A stretch of DNA of 64,000 nucleotides from the human T2T-CHM13v2.0 reference genome, Homo sapiens: NCBI RefSeq assembly GCF_009914755.1, contig NC_060927.1; one strand, written 5' to 3'. Numbering within the stretch: position 1 is the first letter of the stretch; every line of letters starts with the position of its first letter. This document shows positions 56,709 to 64,000 of the stretch, one piece after another. The translations under genes and the position numbers were made by a program. A model generated the notes under the pieces. It saw nothing but the letters and a program-made list of their open reading frames with translations. It had not been told where the DNA came from and made no database searches.

Positions 56709-57929
56709 GACCAACCCGGTACCTCAGTTGGAAATGCAGAAATCACCCATCTTCTGCGTCGCTTATGCTGGGAGCTGTAGACTGGAGCTGTTCCTATTCG
56801 GCCATCTTAGAACCAAGTCTGAGTTTCTGTTTGTTTACTGGCAAATTACCATTCATTGAGACTGTGCCATTTATGGTCACACCAACAGTGAATGAGAATG
56901 GAAGGCAAAGATCTTGAGCAAATTTAGTTGACTGAAACATTAGTAATTTCAGAATAACTTGAAGATTTTATACCAAGCTGTAGTATTCATTAGGTAGGGA
57001 GAGCCAATAAACAGCTGTCAATCAAAACACTTTTGAAAATTTTTGATTACTAAGTTATATTAACTTTTGGTAAACTTTCAGGAAGTGGAATACTAGAATA
57101 TTAAATACTCAAGCCCATGATGTTTTTTAAACCCTTATTAGTAATAGGGTTGTTGTTGTTGCTGTGTTTTTTTTTTTTGAAAAAAGTCATATATATATTT
57201 GAAAATGCCATAAATAAAACATCCTGTTATTTCTTTCATTTAAAGGTGTGTTCTTTATATCTTTACATATTAATTATCAAGGGCCAAAACTTCTTGTTTT
57301 AGGTCCATGCTAGATTTTCCCACTGTACCTGAGAGGGTAGCATTAAGGAGGAAAAGCAGAATTCTTTTTTTAGAAATGAGGCTTATTTTCTAAAGTTTCC
57401 CACTGATTATAAGACTTATCTCACCCTTTTTCTCTTTTTCGTGGTCCTTCTCAATTGATCAGTCAGAACCATAGATTTTTTTTTTCTGTACAGTTATATG
57501 CAAAGTTTTATAAGGATATCTTGGTAATCAACTCAACTAGATCCTTCTTGTCCCATCCTAAACATGAAAAAACTATGCAGTTAATTCTTTATTTGAACCA
57601 TATAGAAGTACATAGCTATAACTCTGCCTTTTATCCTGGTATTTAAAATAATGTAGTATTTAGCATCTATGCAATACATAATATTTTAAAAGATACTGTA
57701 TAAGGCTTGCATGGATTTTTTTTGACTTAGAGTAAAATTATGAATCCAAGTATAAATATAAATAATCTAAATGTTTTAAAAGCTATCTTGAAAAGATAAT
57801 TAAATTTTATTTTTTACTGATAGATTTTGTCCCTCTTATTATATTAAATTTTAAAGTATAAGAGTGGCCTTATTGAATGTCAACAAAACACTATCCACAG
57901 TTTCATAAGTGAATAGAGCAGTGAGTATA

Positions 57930-58180
57930 GTCCTTTCAGTAGTAAAACATTAAGCTCTTAAGTTCTTGGTGCAGATTTTAACTCCACTATTTTCTTGCAC
58001 AAGCCATATAACTTATCTAAACCTCAATGTCTTAATCAGTAAAACAGGCACAGTAACAGTACTAATCTCATAGTTCTTTAGTTTGTTGTTGTTGTTGGTA
58101 TGAGGATTAATTGAGATAATGCATGGAAACTTTTGTTACTATTTGACTAGAAATAGACATTCAATAAATACTAGCTATTT
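57930..58180 (+). mobile_element. MIR SINE
   Basis: AACTTATCTAAACCTCAAT...TGAGGATTAATTGAGATAATGCATG...CAATAAATACTAGCTATT. Confidence 0.7.
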
Positions 58181-58253
58181 CGGTGAAATGAAAGGAAAAA
58201 AAAAAACTTAAAGAGAGGCTTCCATTAGTATCACATGTTTCCTTTCTCCACAG

Positions 58254-59005
58254 TTGCTGCTGATACTGAATCCAGAGAGGTGAACAGATTTCCCCTTCCT
58301 AATAATACAACCACAGCAACAGCAGCTGTGACTGAGGAGAAACCAGAACTAACATCTCTTCAAGAGGGGACCCCCTGATTCAACAGGCATTATTCATTAT
58401 CTGAAGGCTGGGAAGGAGACTGATAGACTAAGAACCTTGGCTGATCCTCTGGAGACAGACTGCTCCTTAATCTTGAGATGGACAAATCTCCATAAGCCTT
58501 CCAATGGTCTTCTGACAATACGGCCTTGAATTATATTCTTTTCTAACCTGGCCTTCCATATGTATTTTTCTAGGCCCCTAAGGAGGAGAAGGGCAAATAG
58601 GGAATTATGTTTGGATTGGCTGGACAAATAGAAAAGAACGGTGCATGTTAGATAAAATCACAGTAGACTACAAAAATATTTCTGAATTCATCATTCTACA
58701 GTAATGTGTTAGTATGAGCATTCAATATAACCATCTGCTATGGCATAATGAGTTCAGAGGGCATCTCTATTGACGCGGGTAAAGGAAAACTTGTCATTTG
58801 AAGTTGGTAGCACGCCTGATGGATGGAGCATGAAATGAAAACTTCCCATCATCTTTCTTATAAGGGAAGCTGATGCTTGCTTGGATTAGTTAAAATGGAC
58901 CTAAACAGAAATACAAAGTTCACCTTGCACACTTAAAGGCCATTGCAGAAATTTTTGATACTATCTAAAGACTTGCCATAATAAAATACATGTTGTGCCT
59001 TTTCT
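58254..59005 (+). other. Candidate terminal exon
   Basis: Strong acceptor TTTCCTTTCTCCACAG; open frame AADTESREVNRF...QEGTP* to 58378; AATAAA at 58980-58985 followed by GT/T-rich TGTTGTGCCTTTTCTC. Confidence 0.45.
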
Positions 59006-59544
59006 CTCTTAGAGAAATTTCAGTCTTTTTATAGTTGTGAATTTCCGATTCTAAAGTTAGAATGAAATTATAGTATACAAGGCACAGACATCTATAAAGA
59101 GTATCTCTCTTTTGTTTTTGTTTATTTAGTTGGTTTGTTGGTTTATGAGTTTTGCTGTTTTGGATTTTTGTTTATTTTTATAGTTTCATTAGTAAGGTTT
59201 TTGTTTGTTTGTTTGCCATAATACCCTATCTGACATAGGTCTGTGTATTTTTCACCAATTTTCAAGATTTTTATTTTCTTGGCAGAAATGACTTATAAAC
59301 TTTTATTGTTGCTTTAATAACAGGCTTAAGAAGTGTCATACGTGTGTGAGTTTTTTTTAAATGACATTTCAGCATGAAATAGGTATAATAGAACAATTCC
59401 CAAGGTAAACTGACTGATTGAGAGATGTTATTCAGTAATTTATTGTGAAGAAAGATGGCCTAGTATTTTATGTCATACAGGCTGATGGAACTATAATTTT
59501 GGAATGGAGTATTTCTTTTTATTTATTTATTTATTTTTGAAACA

Positions 59545-59712
59545 ATTTTTCTTTTTTTATTTTATTTTGTTATTATTATACTTTAAGTTTTAAGGTGCAT
59601 GTGCACAATGTGCAGGTTAGTTACATATGTATCTAAACATGTGTATGTCTCAAAAACAGCCATGCTGGTGTGCTGCACCCATTAACTCATCATTTAGCAT
59701 TAGGTATATCTC
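59545..59712 (-). mobile_element. 5'-truncated young L1PA 3' end with internal insertion
   Basis: L1PA 3'UTR consensus match broken at ~59633-59658. Confidence 0.9.
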
Positions 59713-60214
59713 AAAGATGAGATAGTAGGCTTTAGTTTTAGGCCATCCTGAAGGAGCAATACCTGAGAAAGTAATTAGAATCAGTAGTTAGGTAAGGATT
59801 GGGACCTGTGCTCAGGAATGATCTACATAATTTGGATATTATAGGACTTTCCCTTAGAATCTTTTTCATCTTTAGATGATCAATTAGATATTTAAAGTAA
59901 ATACATTTACTTGATCCCATCTAGAGACAATGTTTAAAATTACAACATATGAAGAAATCGTTTTAGAACTGCAAAGTTGTTGTCTAATTTGGCTCCTCAC
60001 TAGCAGAAATATTTACTTCAGATAAATTCTTGTTTCCATTATTAATCTGTGTAACAATGCCCCTACAACAATTTCCTTAAGCCCTGATAACTAAATCTAA
60101 TCCCCCACATAGGATCTATTATGACCTAGACCTACTTTTTTTTTTGCAAGGATAAATTGTTTAGCAACAGATTTGAATTTAATGTGTTGAAGTTTGACTT
60201 TATTTGCTATACAA

Positions 60215-60300
60215 GGTATGTGTGTGTGTGAGAGAGAGGGAGAAGAGAAAGAAAGAGGAAGAAAGGAAGAGGTAGAGAGAGAGTGAGAAAGAGACAGAGG
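60215..60300. repeat. (TG)n followed by GA-rich low-complexity tract
   Basis: Direct observation. Confidence 0.9.
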
Positions 60301-60604
60301 TTTTCAGCTTTCCTAGCTATCACTTTTCCTAAATCCAACTAACCAATCAGATAATGAGCATGGAGACTATTCAGACTCACTGTAATCGAGGTTTTCAAAT
60401 TTTCTTGTAGGACAATCAGAATTGTCAAATATATTCTTTACATCTTGGATGGTAGCTAATTATAATACAGAGAAATTTCCATATTAACCTTCCTAATGAA
60501 TTAGTTTAACTCTAAATTGCTAAATAAGTTATTCTTACTATCAGCATAAACTGTGTAACTCAAATATGGTATAGATTCAGGGACAGAGTTGAAATGTATA
60601 ACAG

Positions 60605-60860
60605 AGTAACTATTAGCGAATATTTTCTTGTGGTTAGTACATGTCAGACACCGTTGCAAGTGTTTTATGAGTTTTAGTTAATTCAGTGTTCACTTTTGAG
60701 GAAGGCACTGCTATTCATATCTTTACTTGGAAGGTGGGGAAATTGAGGCACAAAGAGGTTTTTGTATATTTGCCTAAGATCTCACAGCTGTTAAATGACA
60801 TGGCTGGAATTCAAAGTCAGTATGGTTTCAGAACCTACTCTCTTAACAAGTGTGGCTACA
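60605..60860 (-). mobile_element. MIR SINE
   Basis: GGGAAATTGAGGCACAAAGAGG...TTGCCTAAGATCTCACAGCTG. Confidence 0.75.
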
Positions 60861-62332
60861 TTGCTTTCCTAAAAACAAGGGAGAAAGCTGATTTTTATAT
60901 AGTAAGTAATGCTTCTTATTTAGAGATGTAAGTTAAAATGACCACATACTTTACTCTCAGATGGTTAATTATAACACTCAAATTCTGGTATCAGAAATCC
61001 TTGTATATAGCCTATTTTGGAGTAGTTCATTTTCTCATTCATGGACTTTTATGACCATGAACTAATTTTATCTCCTCACCTGACACTTACTTTTCTGGTT
61101 TGATGGAGGGTAGATGTCCAATTTTTGTAAGACACTAATCATATGCAGCATGTTAGCACCCTGAAGAGTAATGATGGGTAAGCAGTAATTGAGACTAACA
61201 CTGATGCTTAATGAAAATTGCTACCAGATGCTGGCAGAGTTCTGTGAGCCCTAGCATGTTAAGTGGTCATTGCTATTGTGGTTTATTAAATAGTTTACTG
61301 AGTTTTTGATTTTCCTGTGACATTTACATGGTTCCAGAATACAGATGTCTAAATTCAATGGTTCACTTGTTTTAGATTGCAAATAGCTAATAATATTGAG
61401 GAATTTTTTTTCTTTAGTCAGCTGCGTTACTTAACCAGGAAAAACTCCTTATACAAGTTTACTTTCATGAATAATACTTGGGCATAATAATTGCCAATAT
61501 ACTTTGGCATAATAATATGCCAAATTTGTTTCCTAAAACTTTAATCCATGACAGGATGCAAAAGCAAACTGGTGAAGTGGTTGGAACATGGTACCACCCA
61601 GTTTAAATCCTGTCTTCATAGCTCAATGTGTTTTCATGCCGATTTCTTAACTCCCTCCAAGCCTTATTTACCTCAACTGTCAAATAGAAATTATTTTATG
61701 ACATCGTTGGGAAGATTTGCAAGGCCTGATACCTCTAATCAAAGAATAATGCTTAGAATAATCTCTAAGCAATTTCTTTCTGACATTTTTAATAGGCTGT
61801 TCTTCTTCCTCATACTTTACATATGTCATAAAGACTACAACATATAGTACTATCCAGTGCCCAATTTTCCTCAATTGAGTTGCGGCTCTGAGTGCTCTTA
61901 TGCTACTGACCCAGACTAGCTAACCAAAGAATGGCCTGGAGGGACTGTGATATAGCATCGTATTTTTCAGATCTGGCTGCTAGTAAGAATCACATAATAG
62001 GTCATATAGACTTCCAAGTCCTTTCCTTGGAGGTTCTGATTTAGCTGGCCTAGAGTGGGGCATAGAAATATATGTTTTAACCAGAGATCCAGATGATTTC
62101 AATGATAAGGGGAAATGTAGAAATAAGTTTTAGAGTTGATATATCTGAGTTGAAATCCTAGTGCCACTTATCAACAGCTATGCGTTGATGTAGCTTTTTG
62201 TGTCCTAGTTTGTAGGTGGTTAACACAGATGTTAGTTCCTTTTCTTATATTTTTGCTGATGGAGTCCAGAGTAAGTAAACTTTAAGTGGCCAATTCCTTT
62301 CTTCATTACTTGATCATGTCTTAGTACTTTCT

Positions 62333-62510
62333 AGATGTATGCTGGTAATATTTAACAACTCTCCAGAATAGCAAGCCCTATTTTTGCTTATTTCTGCGGC
62401 ATAAAAACACTCATCATGGCCATTTTCTAGCTACCCATATTCAGTCACTAAATGCACAGTTGAGAAGAGATGTACACATTCAGGTCTCATGAGCTGGAGG
62501 GTGCCACTCC
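62333..62510. mobile_element. MER63A-like hAT MITE
   Basis: GCTGGTAATATTTAACAAC...GAAGAGATGTACAC; homologous to the copy at 40486-41310. Confidence 0.65.
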
Positions 62511-63041
62511 TTCCAGCCACACCTCACATCCATCAGTTTTCTCTTTCTCCTCTCCCTCTGCCCGCTTCTTGTCTCTTTTTTCCTCTCTGTCCCCTCTATT
62601 TCTCTCCCTTTCTCTCTGTCTTATTTGTAGGGCTACTTTCTAGAGAAAGTAGAATAAGTTATATCATTTCTTCATTAATTGTTCTGTAAAATGTTTACTG
62701 AATCTCTACTGTGTCAGATATCAGAAATGCATAATAGCTTTTTACAGTTCAGTCTGTATGCTTTGTATTTGGCCAGATAAGTTACACGGAAGGAAAATCA
62801 TGCAACTTGAGGGGAGAAAAGGCTATCCTGGAAATTAGTGGTTTACACTTTCAGTTGAACTCCCACCACTTCCTATCAATCCTTTTCTTCAGCTCATCTT
62901 TCTGCATGCTCTCTCTTTTCTTTTGAAAAGAGGTTACTGGTTATCCCCTTTCTTTCCACTATAAATTGGCAGCTTCTCCCTCTGTTGCTTTGGCCTAATA
63001 CATGGCCAAGTCTCTCCTATCTTAAGAAAACAACAAAAACA

Positions 63042-63432
<391 letters not shown>

Positions 63433-63759
63433 TCACTATAAAATCTTATTCCTTTACACTTAGAGTTCTGGAAAGAGTAGCTTGCTCTTTGTTTTTACTT
63501 TTAACCCTTTACCATTTTCCTTCTGCCCTACTACTTTAGTGAAATTGCTTATGGTAAAGCCAACGTGCCAAATGCAATGAGCACAACAAATTCCTTAACT
63601 TACTGGGCCTCTCTACTACCATTGATGCTGCTAATCCATAACTCCTTGATTATCTTCTCTCACCCAATTTTATATATATTATTGACCTGCTTCTCTTTAG
63701 GTTTCTGACTATATTTCTAGTCTCTGACTTATTCACTGTTTTGTTTTTACACGCTATTT

Positions 63760-63935
63760 CAGTGGTTCTCAAATTTTAGCTGTATCAGAACCACTTGGAG
63801 GGTTTGTTGAATCAGATTACTGAGCCCAGATTTTCTGATTCTGTAGGTCTTGGGTAGAGAATGAAAATTTACTTTTCTAACAAGTTTCCAAGTGATCCTT
63901 CTAGTCTCAGAACTGCACCTCAAGAATATGCTGCT
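63760..63935. mobile_element. MER5A MITE
   Basis: CAGTGGTTCTCAAATTTTAGCTGTATCAGAA...TTTCTAACAAGTTTCCAAGTGAT. Confidence 0.8.
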
Positions 63936-64000
63936 CTAACTTCTTGAGTTCCTCTTTTACTTCCTGTCCTTAACTGGTAACTTGGTCTGTAATTTAACTC

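Larger units (their letters stand above)
54143..56815 (-). mobile_element. L1PA (L1PA5-like) with intact 5' and 3' ends and an internal ORF2 deletion
   Basis: rc start AAGATGGCCGAATAGGAACAGCTCC (YY1 site), 5'UTR, ORF1, spacer, fused ORF2, 3'UTR, poly(A). Confidence 0.97.

Noticed and set aside
54125-56830. TSD for the deleted L1PA
   Set aside because: Flanks (TTTCAGAGA vs AAGTCTGAG) match only loosely, so no TSD is called.

Overview
AT-rich primate (human/ape-like) genomic DNA, apparently intronic or lncRNA territory, not microbial. I recognise no cellular protein-coding gene. A large share of the window is interspersed repeat: about 15 Alus, L1PA and old L1M pieces, about a dozen LTRs, hAT DNA transposons and MIR/L2, often nested. 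Repeat subfamily names come from recalled consensus sequences, not a search. Most ORF-track entries are repeat artefacts. Main points of interest: (1) a minus-strand L1PA5-like element that keeps both ends but has an in-frame ~3.5 kb ORF2 deletion; (2) its antisense ORF0 is still open and faces a strong downstream acceptor and poly(A) signal, which could give an in-frame 76-aa fusion (untested); (3) a ~1 kb non-TE insert flanked by a 14-bp target-site duplication (TSD); (4) a collapsed ERV1 provirus with two hairpins at its deletion junction; (5) several fold-back hairpins; (6) candidate + strand exons together with a strong minus-strand bias of retroelements.
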